This document shows, piece by piece, positions 18,401 through 28,770 of a DNA stretch of 64,000 nucleotides. A program made the position numbers and the translations under genes. Source of the DNA: a virus; the IMG/VR virus record IMGVR_UViG_3300029319_000004, positions 32,001-96,000 of that record. The stretch is one strand, 5' to 3'. The first letter of the stretch is position 1. Every line of letters begins with the position of its first letter. The notes below the pieces were generated by a model. It did not search any database. It was not told the origin of the DNA and saw only the letters and a list, made by a program, of their open reading frames with translations.

Positions 18401-21400
18401 ACAACTCATCTGAAAATTTCGCTGCTTCTTTCGGCGAAATAATGTACCCCAGCGAAAGTGAATATGAGGATACGCTAGGAGAGGATGGAACTAGTATTTT
18501 TCAAAAAGAACATATTATAAATCAAAATATATATACTAATGCTCCAATTGCTGCAGGCGTAAAGCTTTCAAATCCTAAGTTTCCCCAAGACAAAATAATT
18601 TTTATTGCGAAATTAGAAAGAGTTGGGTATCCTATACCTCTTGTTCCAACTTCAAAAACTAATTCTATTTCTGGAGGGGGACTTTCATATCTTGCAGAAA
18701 AACAACAAATATATCTCGATAAAGGATACAGCGAGTATGAAGCAAGAGCCGCTATGGTACGAGATGGAGATTTAGAAGTTCATGAAGAGTTTTTAAATAG
18801 AGACATTGAAATTAATCCATACGAAGCAGCTCAAAATAAGCTTCAAGGAGCAGAGAGCGCCTTTTCTGACATAAGTGATGCATTTTACAATGCAGGTCAG
18901 CGAATGAATAATCTTCCGCCAGGCACTGACGTGCTTTTAGGAACAGGAGGATCTGAATTATTAAACGCAGTTGGAGCAACTGCTGAAAGTGCAGAGCAGT
19001 TCTTGGGATATTTAAAAAGAATTATTGACCTTCAACAACTTTGTGAATTATTGGTTGGTCCAATACTTCAAGCACCAGGATTGTTATTTTCGGATCCTAA
19101 CAGTTTTGTAAGTAATTGGGAAAATTGGGCGGCTAATTTAAAAGATTCACTAATCAGGCAGTTTAAGCCACCAGATTTTAATATTCCTAAGCTAGGGTTG
19201 CCAGATGAGTTGTCAACTGACGATTTGATTGGTGATTATGCTACAAAACTTGAACAACTAATTGTTGGTGCGATTGGAATGATTTTAGGAGAAATTTTAA
19301 ATCTTCTACTAAAAGAGCTTTTAGAGAAATGCTTTAATAATCCTCAAGACAATGACTCAACAGGACCTCGGCCTGTTGGATCTGAGCCATCAATCCCACT
19401 TCCAATCATAGATGACTTAAGCACTCGTTTGCCATCGGGAGCAACACGACCAGATTGGCCAGGTTGGTGGGCTGATATGATTGGCATATTGTCTAACCAG
19501 CAGTTATGTCGATTGTTAAAATTTAACGCAACCAGAGAAGAAATAGATATTGTTCTTGATAGAACAGATAAAAAATGGCCAGAATGCTGGGAAGCCGGAA
19601 TGGACAACTCTGCAGACGTTCAGATTACGTTTAAGCAGGCTGGTGATCGAATGCGTGCTACTGGAGATTTAGATATATGCGACGCAATTCAAGCATTAAC
19701 TCCTATTTTAGTTACTGCATGTGATGCAAAATATGATTATGATGCTCGTTGTGCTGAATTGCAAATGAACGGCCTAACCAAAGAAGAGTGTGATGAGCAA
19801 ATAAGACAAGAAATAGAGGATTTAAAAAACAAATTAAAATTGTTTTCTAGTAAATTATTTCCTGGGGAAGATGACACTTTTGCAGGGGTACCCGAACCTT
19901 GCGGTCCAGATGGTTATTTTGTTTTACCGCCCATGATGGAAAATACAATGGGTAGGATAACGGACAACTATTTGCGTGCAGTAAAAAGATCTGTTTTGGA
20001 TGATTTAACAACTATGGAGTTTTTCTCAGTTCCTCCTAAGGCATATGAAGCTATTAATGATCCCGAAATTCTACAGTCAACTTACAACCTAGCATTGAAA
20101 GCTACTTCTCAGGGAGCTTCGAAAGAAATAAATGCAGTAATGCCTATTCAAAAGCACTCTTTTTTGACCCAGATGGGTCTCTTCGAGCCGCGTGATTATG
20201 AGAATCTTGATGTAAATGAAAGCCCTACGCACCTGCCATTAACCTATTCGACTGTTGGTTACAATCTTTATCTTTTTAAAATTGGCGCAAATCAAAGCGA
20301 TATTACATCTGAGGAAGTAGAAACCATAAGTGCTGATGATTGGTTTGGACATCCTCCAGAGGGATTTATAAATTCTAAAACATATCAAGACACACTCCGC
20401 TCAGGAGATGGAACTTTAGTTCTTCCAGCTTGTTCATGGAATTCTACAATACCAAATCCTCATTCTAAAAATAACATACCTCAACTATCACAAGTTACTG
20501 GTGCCACAAACTTTTTATCTGCATTAAGTATTTTTAATATGTCTCTCAATAATCAAAATACTAATATTAGTGATGCATCTGAGCTTAACGTTGTTCTTAA
20601 CAATATTGAAGATCAAGTAGAAATATTACAAGATATTTTTGAAAATTCATTTTTAGGTTCGGAGATGTTTAATGTTTTTATAGAAGATGAACTATCAGAG
20701 GAACTCTTTGGTCAAAGAGTTTACAATCTTACAAAAGAATCAGAAGAATTTATAAAAGCTAATCGCCTTGGGTTTATTGAACTTAAAACAACTGATGATT
20801 TAAATTATGACTTGCCAGCCTCACTTGGAGGAATTGGTGCAGCCGGAACTAAAAAATATTGGGGATACTGGGAGCCTGGAGCAAGTTATATGGGAGATGC
20901 TACGAATGAGTATTCCGGAGCAAACTATTTCTCATCTAACGTTGGTCTCTTCAAAACTCTTACTGAAGAAGAAAAAGAGCACATGCTTAAATTAAGATCT
21001 AATGCTTTTGATGATCGATTAGCTGCCAATCTAAAGTTATTAAATAACTTTGCGCCAGGAATTTTTCCTGTTACTAGGTTTGAAGAAATAAAAAACTTTT
21101 TGGTTCAATACGCGCCAGATGATATTTATTCAGTTCTAAAAGAAATTCTTCCTGGTCCACCAACGGAAGCACAATCTAAAAAATCTGCGGCCCTTCTTTT
21201 GACTCACACTGAGTTTGAACTTATTCAAAAAAGAAAAAGATCTATAAGTCCAGAAATTAATGTCGATGCAGGCATGAGAATGCTTAATGAAAGCATGCTT
21301 GATATGATTACTTTAGATACTCCAATGAGTGACTTATTTGCCATATCTGAAGACAGAGAGCAAAAATTTAAAAAATTTCTTGGCCGGTTGCTTGCCGACC

Positions 21401-24400
21401 AGAAAAACGCAAAAAATGCTGCTAAAATGCCAAAGAAATTAGCTAATATGGCTGAGGGTGGCGAGCCGCATTTTGCTTTCTTGCAAATGATGGCAAGCTT
21501 TATTGGCTGTGATATGTCAAGTATCCCATTGGAAGTGCTAGGTGTAGATGTGGCACAATTAGTTCAGTTCACAACAGATGATATTCCGGTTACTGATCAT
21601 GAAAAAGTAGACAGTGGAGTTAACATTGAAGAAGGTGGTGGTAGAATTCACTACTATAAACAAGATGTAAAGAAAGCTAGTTGGCAGTATAAGTTTTACA
21701 GATGGATTACTAACCACTCAGATTTTCACATTCAAACACTTTGGGAGCAAGATCTTCCATCTTATTCAGTAGGGGGAGGAGTATATCAAGAGGAGTTTTT
21801 AGTTGATAAAGAAGGAAACCATAGCGGCGATACAGCTCACCACTACTTTGTTTCCAATGTAAGTGTTGGAGATTCACCAATATTTAAAGCGATTCGTCAA
21901 ATTGCACTACATGCTAGGAGCAGTGATGAAAATCTCCTACAAGCTTTTACTCATATGCCAATTGGAAAAGCTACTGGCTTAACACCAGAAAGGTTAAATA
22001 AAATATTACCAAACTGGACTGGTTTTTTTGGATTAATTGAGGGTGTATTTTTGGATAAAACACCAGGACTACTTGCAGACTCAATGAGGACAAATTTCGG
22101 CAACGACCACACAGACCTGGATCCAGGGATATACATGGGCTATATCCAAGATATTTTTCGAGTGCCTCAAGTAGAGGTTTCTGCATTGGCTTTAAAAACA
22201 ATGCATCGAGGAAATAATCCTTTAGAAAATACTGATTTATGCGAAATGGTTCCCGCTCTTTCAAAAAAGCCTGTTAGCGAAGCTTTGATTACAATGTTTG
22301 ATAATCCTTCAGAAACAGAAGTTTTTTCTCGTGGTCTTTATGAGAGAAGCACAATTTTAACACCAGGCGATCCATACAGTCTTACTGGAACTCCGTACAA
22401 GCGAACATTTAATAATCTTACATTCATATCAGAACAAGTTCCAGGACTTACAGAATCTCCTAGAGCTTGGTATGGAAATACTAATTTTAATCCAAACATT
22501 TTTTATTTTGATATGCCATTGAAAAGGTCTACAACCCTAGCTCAAGCTTCTAGTGTTTCAAAAAGACTTTTAGACTCACTAGCTACACCAAGTCAAGTAT
22601 CAAATGCGGGAACGCCATCTGCTTCAGATTTGCCTCTTGTGGCATTATCAGGAATGCGAAGTTCTGCATTAAATAAAATTTTGATTTATCAAGAGATCCC
22701 TTTGGGCTCTGTTCACACACAAAAAGCCTTTAGCAACGATATAAAAGATTCTTATTTTATAACAAAATCAAAAGTCGTCTCAGTAGAGGGTGTTGATTCA
22801 AAATCATTTATATTAAGCGATTCCCAGCCAAATAGAGTCAGCCCTATAAAACAAGAAAGTCAGTTAATAAATCCAGAGTATAGTTTTAACATTTTTGAAG
22901 ATTATGATGATGATGTTAAAAAATTAATTTATGATGTTGTTGAGAAAGCAAAAATTAAATATCTTGATGCATCTTATTTAAATCAGCCGTTCCCTGAGCA
23001 AAATTTTTCTTGGGGGTTTGGAGAAGTTAGTGCATCTGATAGAAAATATGATACTCCATCAATTTTTGCTAGTCTAGTGATGTCAAAGCTACAAGATATG
23101 ATGGATGAGTATGCTGATGGGCCAGGGACAGAAGATTCTACACCAGACTATATTGAGCGTTTTCTGCCCTGGATTTTCAAAAACCGAGAATTTTCTGCTT
23201 GTAGGTTAGCGTATTCAAATAAAGTTTTTGGAAAATTAAGATTTTCAAGATTAAATCACAAAAATTTTATGACATCGATGTGGAAAAAAATTCTTAAATC
23301 TCCTCTATCAACACCAAGAACAAATAAGCAGTGTGAAGACGTTTTAGATTCTATAAGCAGAACAAGTCAAGACACAGAAAAAACAGAAACTGATTTTTTT
23401 CAAATAGATAAAATTAAACCTCAAATTGTTGAATTTTATAAAAAATCTGTCTGTGCTGATGTTTATGATCAGTCAACTGACGTGTATAACTCTACTCATC
23501 GTGCCTTAATAGAAGGCGCAGTATCCTTAATGATTAAAATTCATGTTTTAGAGATGTGTTTAGCAGGAATAATAGCTTGGGATTGTTATAATCTAAGTGA
23601 TGTATTTTCTGAAAGAATAATTTCTAATATAATCACTAAAAGATTGAGAGAATTATTTGACGGCGATTCAGAAGAGTATGAGGACTTTTTGTTGTTTGCT
23701 GAAAACATAGCTAGAAAAGAAACAAATGTAGTTAGTTTTGCCGCAAGAACTCAAGTTAAAAATCAAACAGGTCTGGAGTATCTCATACAAAAAGAAGCGG
23801 AAAATATTGATTCAATTGTAAGACCAATGTTTAGAAATTCTAGACCAATGAATACTAATTTATCTCTAAATGTTGTTGACTCCTCTGATGACAGTCTTTT
23901 GAAAGAGTTGGCAGCTGTTAGTTTGAGACAAAATGTTGCAAAAAAAGTTTTTCAATGTGAAGATGTGCCAAATATATTAGTAAATCAAGCTTTAAGTTCA
24001 TACCCGCCAATATCAGATGACGATGTAAAGAATGACGCAGAAAGATTATTAAAAATAGAAGAGGAATCGCTTTATTTTAATTCATTCTCAGAAAGAGATA
24101 TAACTTATCCTGCTATAAATCATTTTGTTGACAATCATTATACTCATAATTATTACGATGCCGTGCTACAAAATAGATATCATTATACACGCGGGCTATA
24201 TGAAAGCATGGATGGTCTGTCGACAGAACACGATTTAAAACTAGTATATTCAAGTAAACCAACTAATGATCCTGAAACTGCAATGGATTTTTCAAGCTTG
24301 TTGTCCAAGCTTTCACAGAGAAATTTCTTACATTCAGTTCCATTAAATTATTTTCCCGAAGCAACTCTAACTGAACCGAGAGAAATGCAAAACCTTGTTC

Positions 24401-26541
24401 TTTGCGAAACTCCAACAAACAGTGGAGGAAATATAGAACCAGATTTTCTAAGAGTAGAAGAGTTCTATGAGCACATGTCAAAAATTAATGTTTTGCCAGC
24501 AGCAGAATTTTTAAGATCAAAATTAATGTGCGACCCTTCCCAGTTTATAAATCAGCATGAATTTATGATTGGCAATGGTCTAAACAGTAAAATGGGAAAT
24601 TTTATATTTCAACCATATGTTAAATTGGTTGACCAGGATGACAGAAGTTTTAAATCTAGAAAAGGACAAGATTTAGAACCTTGCGATATTGATGATAAAA
24701 CACAAGGAAGCATTGTTGAAGCAGAGACTTTAATGCCAGCAGGACCCATCTTAGAAGACATAAGGAATGAAGATAATCCTTATAGTGCTTACATTTTTGA
24801 TGTTGTTCCTCTTTCTATCTTCAATTGGTTCATGGGTGAAGCTTTAATTCCTTGGCTTAATCAGCCAGAAAACCAAGACATTAATGTTTTATATAAAGAT
24901 CATGGAATGAAATTATTTTTCAAAGATGTTAAATTTGGCATGAGAATGGTATATGTTAGTTCTTTTGGTCCTTTAGTGTCCACTAATAGTTTAAAAACTA
25001 ATATTATACAAGAGTTAAAAAATACATTTGGTGACGAAGCCTTTAAAAGATCAAAAGCTGGATTAGTTTCTAGAATATATTCTTTAGAAAATCGCAGATA
25101 TCAGACGGCAGAAAAAAACGGACAGCCTTATACGTTTCCTGGCAGTGATCTAAGCATTAGAAAGATTCCTCAATTAATGCATGAACTTCATATACCTATG
25201 GCTTCATATGAGGAATCATTAGAAATAACTAGAAATTCTGTGTATTTTAAAGATTCTGATAACTCAAGAGGGTCAAAAGTTTTTGATACGCAAGAGTTTT
25301 GTTACGGCCCAGTTCAAATCCCCGGCTCTGTAGAAACATTCGATATAAGGGACTTAGCGAATAAAGAAAATGAAGCGCTTCTTAAGTCTTTAGTACACAT
25401 ACCGAGTAATTTTTACTTTAAACACTTCGCAAACAGGGCTATCAATCAAATACAAGGATCACCTGAATTTAAACTTTTATTTGAGCATGTTTTTCCGATA
25501 AAAAGGTACATGGCTCTAGCTTATTTGTATGCTAATGACACTATGCTTGAAAATAGATCAGGAGATTCGAATCTTTTGGCTCAGACAAAAAGCACTATTT
25601 TTGACATTATAAAATCTCTAAAAGCATCATCAGGCAATGATTACACCTTTATAACAGAATCTTCTAAAAACAAACTTGAGATTGATTTAAATGCAGAAAG
25701 AACTGGAACAACTGGTAAAGAAGAGTCCCTAACAGATCAAATAAAAATGATTATTTTTAAAACATTGCTTCTTCTTCTAAAGGGCTTTGTTGAGATTACT
25801 GATCCTGCTATTATAACTGCGAAGTCTATTATTGACATCGGTAAGGCAATCTATGAAGCAGTAATTATTGCTGTTGAAACAGGGTTTAACGCTGCAAAAC
25901 AAGGATTTCAAGCGGTTATTGATGCTGCAAATAGTGCAAAAGTTCAATTAGAGGTATCAATAGCTGTTTCTGGTCCTCCGTTAGAACAAGCATACAACCC
26001 ACTAGCGCAAGCTCTAGGAGAAAAAGCCGCAGACGCAGTGCCAAATTTTGATGTCAGTAAGGAAAAAGTAACGGAATGGGAAATTGAAGTAAATGAAAGT
26101 TTTGAAATTCCTCCTGATTTGGGTATTGAGCAGGAACAATGGGAGGATTTTGTTGAATTAGCATCTGACCTTAAGAGCACAATTGATGAGCTTAAAAAAG
26201 TTGATGAAGAACTAAAAAAAGCAGAGAAAGACAAAGAAGATTTAGAAAAAGAATATGAAAAGATAATGAACGGTGAAGATGGAAAAGGAGGAATAAAAGG
26301 CGAAATGGAAAAAGTTTTTGGATCTAATTTTCTTCTTCCGGCAACCTGGGCAGCTCTTCTGCCATCAATGACACCATATGGCGGAGGAATCATCCCGCCG
26401 CCACTTTTCATAGGCCCCCCTGGAACTTTTCCAGGTATAATATATTTAGTTTTAGTAATGTCGGGCGCTTATGAAGATTTATTTGCTGAAGAGTCCTTAA
26501 ACAACTCAAGTGATGATCCTAATTGTGATGATGAATTGTAA
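15487..26541 (+). CDS. giant 3684-aa virion-associated protein (SH3b-like segment, hydrophobic helices, C-terminal coiled coil)
   Basis: Uninterrupted 11-kb ORF directly upstream of gp25; function not recognisable overall. Confidence 0.75.
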   Translation: MSLTAAKQNEAKSSLLDIKKILGLLIQSDSEIEKLSALTSIGVDFDSSGYNTIKEDTDSPDSTFENVASSLLSLMTESSNLLAALNDVNLEEKESLSLFTEGASTLADIIDNIDPKVYQDPKLWFKGFPTDWIGNVQPSSYESLVKQFCRRMQYDVEDAGGVSNFDPKTFLFQALSNSLKKYSSLFGKSYFNRRPIEAPPGPIDIAQMMPVDENLETKFLPKNINATHYIGALEPAVSSAGAREEDYLPVRLAPGAYPTPLASGWDDEGYKLLNKQGKLVNQSHPRENGIVIPIGTQVFVTEVVLGLSGVWVGFIPLDLSGQQKSAYEAATKKNQNILYTHVDYLRRFASSDPMAVLSQTLIPYDGQDPRASTMQGASLIKPDSNLNWTTLGYGDVHLAYYNFLEHNNKYPIYLDADDNPSVSEPDNLEAIGAMFSRPRGKFSEGYYYFATLDTTRPTVGELLESISPGPGVENSNEMREAKEEAATNAISELTPQAIKIILEYAGKQIPDDLLSFESYYIAPVAQNLSTRGGENNARILFAMPAQVVDALPNSKNIYYDDFNSDLKDTFNGKDYTFTIKISDIPKISEKLVQFLENIKSKLDTFTQEGGAIKNPNGIDYNIESQITRIEEFPIILNDFLQRQSTAGERDVLSEHLSLGTNIEGEALIQFGIRDNGQVGGQVRQTVSFVLYSPDPDRLVQSNRKEFVTLDPYLIDEEKNGLAVPTRTGVVLTKALPWLRDKFLDAEGARTLHYFMSHRNLIEFDSETGADLRLNEWVKFLQAYTVPPLLIKLSKEKSTSPEQIDCKKLVDDLLNSPSVVGPKDKKLRELVEKRCGKEYLEAVLQDTDASDSESSEKALEFKQKASQNPGSFGNSKAAAHLTLLYRQFLHKLDPQGLIALLMACLQEQLGIPLTAEALCEVAIEKLIEAAGVEEIKKTIVKAVPELALFFPELRVAERLGDISVMNPDPYDYDNSSENFAASFGEIMYPSESEYEDTLGEDGTSIFQKEHIINQNIYTNAPIAAGVKLSNPKFPQDKIIFIAKLERVGYPIPLVPTSKTNSISGGGLSYLAEKQQIYLDKGYSEYEARAAMVRDGDLEVHEEFLNRDIEINPYEAAQNKLQGAESAFSDISDAFYNAGQRMNNLPPGTDVLLGTGGSELLNAVGATAESAEQFLGYLKRIIDLQQLCELLVGPILQAPGLLFSDPNSFVSNWENWAANLKDSLIRQFKPPDFNIPKLGLPDELSTDDLIGDYATKLEQLIVGAIGMILGEILNLLLKELLEKCFNNPQDNDSTGPRPVGSEPSIPLPIIDDLSTRLPSGATRPDWPGWWADMIGILSNQQLCRLLKFNATREEIDIVLDRTDKKWPECWEAGMDNSADVQITFKQAGDRMRATGDLDICDAIQALTPILVTACDAKYDYDARCAELQMNGLTKEECDEQIRQEIEDLKNKLKLFSSKLFPGEDDTFAGVPEPCGPDGYFVLPPMMENTMGRITDNYLRAVKRSVLDDLTTMEFFSVPPKAYEAINDPEILQSTYNLALKATSQGASKEINAVMPIQKHSFLTQMGLFEPRDYENLDVNESPTHLPLTYSTVGYNLYLFKIGANQSDITSEEVETISADDWFGHPPEGFINSKTYQDTLRSGDGTLVLPACSWNSTIPNPHSKNNIPQLSQVTGATNFLSALSIFNMSLNNQNTNISDASELNVVLNNIEDQVEILQDIFENSFLGSEMFNVFIEDELSEELFGQRVYNLTKESEEFIKANRLGFIELKTTDDLNYDLPASLGGIGAAGTKKYWGYWEPGASYMGDATNEYSGANYFSSNVGLFKTLTEEEKEHMLKLRSNAFDDRLAANLKLLNNFAPGIFPVTRFEEIKNFLVQYAPDDIYSVLKEILPGPPTEAQSKKSAALLLTHTEFELIQKRKRSISPEINVDAGMRMLNESMLDMITLDTPMSDLFAISEDREQKFKKFLGRLLADQKNAKNAAKMPKKLANMAEGGEPHFAFLQMMASFIGCDMSSIPLEVLGVDVAQLVQFTTDDIPVTDHEKVDSGVNIEEGGGRIHYYKQDVKKASWQYKFYRWITNHSDFHIQTLWEQDLPSYSVGGGVYQEEFLVDKEGNHSGDTAHHYFVSNVSVGDSPIFKAIRQIALHARSSDENLLQAFTHMPIGKATGLTPERLNKILPNWTGFFGLIEGVFLDKTPGLLADSMRTNFGNDHTDLDPGIYMGYIQDIFRVPQVEVSALALKTMHRGNNPLENTDLCEMVPALSKKPVSEALITMFDNPSETEVFSRGLYERSTILTPGDPYSLTGTPYKRTFNNLTFISEQVPGLTESPRAWYGNTNFNPNIFYFDMPLKRSTTLAQASSVSKRLLDSLATPSQVSNAGTPSASDLPLVALSGMRSSALNKILIYQEIPLGSVHTQKAFSNDIKDSYFITKSKVVSVEGVDSKSFILSDSQPNRVSPIKQESQLINPEYSFNIFEDYDDDVKKLIYDVVEKAKIKYLDASYLNQPFPEQNFSWGFGEVSASDRKYDTPSIFASLVMSKLQDMMDEYADGPGTEDSTPDYIERFLPWIFKNREFSACRLAYSNKVFGKLRFSRLNHKNFMTSMWKKILKSPLSTPRTNKQCEDVLDSISRTSQDTEKTETDFFQIDKIKPQIVEFYKKSVCADVYDQSTDVYNSTHRALIEGAVSLMIKIHVLEMCLAGIIAWDCYNLSDVFSERIISNIITKRLRELFDGDSEEYEDFLLFAENIARKETNVVSFAARTQVKNQTGLEYLIQKEAENIDSIVRPMFRNSRPMNTNLSLNVVDSSDDSLLKELAAVSLRQNVAKKVFQCEDVPNILVNQALSSYPPISDDDVKNDAERLLKIEEESLYFNSFSERDITYPAINHFVDNHYTHNYYDAVLQNRYHYTRGLYESMDGLSTEHDLKLVYSSKPTNDPETAMDFSSLLSKLSQRNFLHSVPLNYFPEATLTEPREMQNLVLCETPTNSGGNIEPDFLRVEEFYEHMSKINVLPAAEFLRSKLMCDPSQFINQHEFMIGNGLNSKMGNFIFQPYVKLVDQDDRSFKSRKGQDLEPCDIDDKTQGSIVEAETLMPAGPILEDIRNEDNPYSAYIFDVVPLSIFNWFMGEALIPWLNQPENQDINVLYKDHGMKLFFKDVKFGMRMVYVSSFGPLVSTNSLKTNIIQELKNTFGDEAFKRSKAGLVSRIYSLENRRYQTAEKNGQPYTFPGSDLSIRKIPQLMHELHIPMASYEESLEITRNSVYFKDSDNSRGSKVFDTQEFCYGPVQIPGSVETFDIRDLANKENEALLKSLVHIPSNFYFKHFANRAINQIQGSPEFKLLFEHVFPIKRYMALAYLYANDTMLENRSGDSNLLAQTKSTIFDIIKSLKASSGNDYTFITESSKNKLEIDLNAERTGTTGKEESLTDQIKMIIFKTLLLLLKGFVEITDPAIITAKSIIDIGKAIYEAVIIAVETGFNAAKQGFQAVIDAANSAKVQLEVSIAVSGPPLEQAYNPLAQALGEKAADAVPNFDVSKEKVTEWEIEVNESFEIPPDLGIEQEQWEDFVELASDLKSTIDELKKVDEELKKAEKDKEDLEKEYEKIMNGEDGKGGIKGEMEKVFGSNFLLPATWAALLPSMTPYGGGIIPPPLFIGPPGTFPGIIYLVLVMSGAYEDLFAEESLNNSSDDPNCDDEL

Positions 26542-26546
26542 TAGTA

Positions 26547-26557
26547 ACTAATTAAAT
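26547..26557 (+). promoter_or_regulatory. candidate late-promoter motif ACTAATTAAAT
   Basis: Lies in the 31-bp gap before gp25, followed by the GAGGG RBS. Confidence 0.45.
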
Positions 26558-26572
26558 AAAAGAGGGATTAAC

Positions 26573-26971
26573 ATGCAAGGAATTGGACCAGCTTTACCTT
26601 TAACAAGAGATTCTAGTTTTGGGGTTTTTGCTCTCATTACTGATTACGAAGCAGAAATAAGACAAAATTTTAAAAACCTAGTATTGACTAGTCCCGGCGA
26701 ACGAATGATGAATACTGATTTTGGTGTTGGAATAAGAAATATTTTATTCGAAAACTACATCACAGCAAAAACTGTATTTAAACAAAGACTAGACTCTCAA
26801 GTAAGAAGGTACATGCCTTTTATAAATATTCAAGACGTTATTTTTCAAAGCAATGATGAAAATCAAGTGCCCTTAGAGGAAAGAAATATTTTATCCATAA
26901 AGATTATCTTCTCTGTTCCTGATTTAAATTTAAATTCTTCAATAATTGTCAACACAGAGGTGGAAAATTAA
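26573..26971 (+). CDS. gp25: baseplate wedge subunit, GPW/gp25 family
   Basis: IRQNFKNLVLTSPGERMMNTDFGVGIRNILFE. Confidence 0.92.
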   Translation: MQGIGPALPLTRDSSFGVFALITDYEAEIRQNFKNLVLTSPGERMMNTDFGVGIRNILFENYITAKTVFKQRLDSQVRRYMPFINIQDVIFQSNDENQVPLEERNILSIKIIFSVPDLNLNSSIIVNTEVEN

Positions 26972-28770
26972 TGAGTAAAATGAACAAAAAACTAATCAGA
27001 TACACTGATAGAGATTTTAATACGATAAAAGAAAGTCTTGTAAATTATGCAAAAAGATATTATCCTAATGTTTATCAAGATTTTTCTGAGGCCTCATTCG
27101 GGTCTTTAATGTTGGATACCGTGTCTTATGTTGGAGATGTGCTTTCATTTTACTTAGATTATCAAGTTAACGAATCTTTTATTGACACAGCAACAGAGTA
27201 TGACAATGTTTTAAGGCTTGGAGAACAAGTTGGATACTATCCATCATTAAGGTCTCCATCATTCGGAATAGTTTCTTTATATGTTCTTGTTCCCACCAGC
27301 CCAAACGGCAGCGGCCCAGACACAGACTATCTTCCAATAATTACTAAAGGAAGCAAATATTCTACTATTGCTGGAGATACTTTTGAGCTTACAGAAGACG
27401 TTGATTTTTCAAACCCCAACAATGAAGTTGTGGCAGGGACTGAGGAGCAACAAGGTGGTGGAGCAACATCATTTGTTGTAAAAGCGTATGGAAAAGTTAT
27501 TTCTGGAGAATTAAAAGAACAAAATATAACTGTTGGCGATTTTTCAAGATTTTTAACTGTGTCTCTTGCAGATGAAAATATTACTGAAATTGTTTCTGTT
27601 ACAGATACTGAAGGACATGAGTATTTTCAAGTTCCATTCTTATCTCACGATACGGTCTTTAGAACAGTTATAAATAAAGATCCAGCTACAAGATCCAAAG
27701 CTCCTAGTATTTTAGTAACCACTGCAGTTCCTAGAAGATTTATTAGCTTTGTAAGAGACCAAAGAGTTCATTTAAAATTTGGATATGGCTCTGAATCTTC
27801 TTTAAGAACAGACAATACAACTCACCCATCAAATGTAGTTTTAAAAATGCACGGTCGGGATTACGAAACTGACACTGGGTTTGATCCATCTAAATTATTA
27901 GAAAGTGACAAATTTGGTATCGCGCCGGCAAACACTGTCCTTAACGTTGTTTATCGTGCAAATACTTCTGATAATTCAAATACCGCAACTGATAGTATTT
28001 CATTTATTGGAGATCAGACGTTTATTTTTCCCGAGTCTGCGGATAATTTAGAAAAAATTGATTTTGTAAGAGGTAGTTTAGAAGTCTCCAATGAGTTTCC
28101 AATAGTAGGAGATGTTAGCATCCCAACAACTTCTGAGTTGAAGCAAAGAATAAATGATCTTTTTGCAACACAAAACCGTGCTGTTACTGAAGAAGACTAT
28201 AGATCTCTTATTTATAGAATGCCAGCTAAATTTGGAAAAGTAAAAAGAGCAAAAATTGTTAGAGATCAGGATTCTTTTAAGAGAAACTTAAATTTGTATA
28301 TTGCCTCTGAAGATGAAGATAGAAATCTTATTACTTCAAATGCTGTAATAAAAAACAATTTAAAAACTTTTTTGCAACACTACAAAATGGTTAATGACAC
28401 TATTGACATTCTTGATGCTAAGATTGTAAACGTTGGAATTGAATTTGTTGCGGTTATTAATACCGATCAAGACAAGTATCAAGCTCTTAGTGCAGCAATA
28501 AAAACGCTGCAAAACGAAATGTTTGCAGAAAAATATGACATAGGACAGCCAATATATATAACAAACATATATGATATGTTAAACAATTTAGATGAAATTG
28601 TTGATGTTGTTGATGTCAGAATAGTCCCTAAAACAACTGGGCTTTATTCAGATTTCTCTCTCAATATTAATGAATATGTTTCAGCAGACGGTAGAATTTT
28701 ATACGCTCCTGAAGATGTTATATACGAAATCAAATATCCTAATAGAGACATTAAGGGGACCATAAGATAA
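26971..28770 (+). CDS. gp6: baseplate wedge subunit, gp6/baseplate J family
   Basis: YTDRDFNTIKESL...DFSEASFGSLMLDTVSYVGDVLSFYLDYQVNESF and QNRAVTEEDY. Confidence 0.9.
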   Translation: MSKMNKKLIRYTDRDFNTIKESLVNYAKRYYPNVYQDFSEASFGSLMLDTVSYVGDVLSFYLDYQVNESFIDTATEYDNVLRLGEQVGYYPSLRSPSFGIVSLYVLVPTSPNGSGPDTDYLPIITKGSKYSTIAGDTFELTEDVDFSNPNNEVVAGTEEQQGGGATSFVVKAYGKVISGELKEQNITVGDFSRFLTVSLADENITEIVSVTDTEGHEYFQVPFLSHDTVFRTVINKDPATRSKAPSILVTTAVPRRFISFVRDQRVHLKFGYGSESSLRTDNTTHPSNVVLKMHGRDYETDTGFDPSKLLESDKFGIAPANTVLNVVYRANTSDNSNTATDSISFIGDQTFIFPESADNLEKIDFVRGSLEVSNEFPIVGDVSIPTTSELKQRINDLFATQNRAVTEEDYRSLIYRMPAKFGKVKRAKIVRDQDSFKRNLNLYIASEDEDRNLITSNAVIKNNLKTFLQHYKMVNDTIDILDAKIVNVGIEFVAVINTDQDKYQALSAAIKTLQNEMFAEKYDIGQPIYITNIYDMLNNLDEIVDVVDVRIVPKTTGLYSDFSLNINEYVSADGRILYAPEDVIYEIKYPNRDIKGTIR

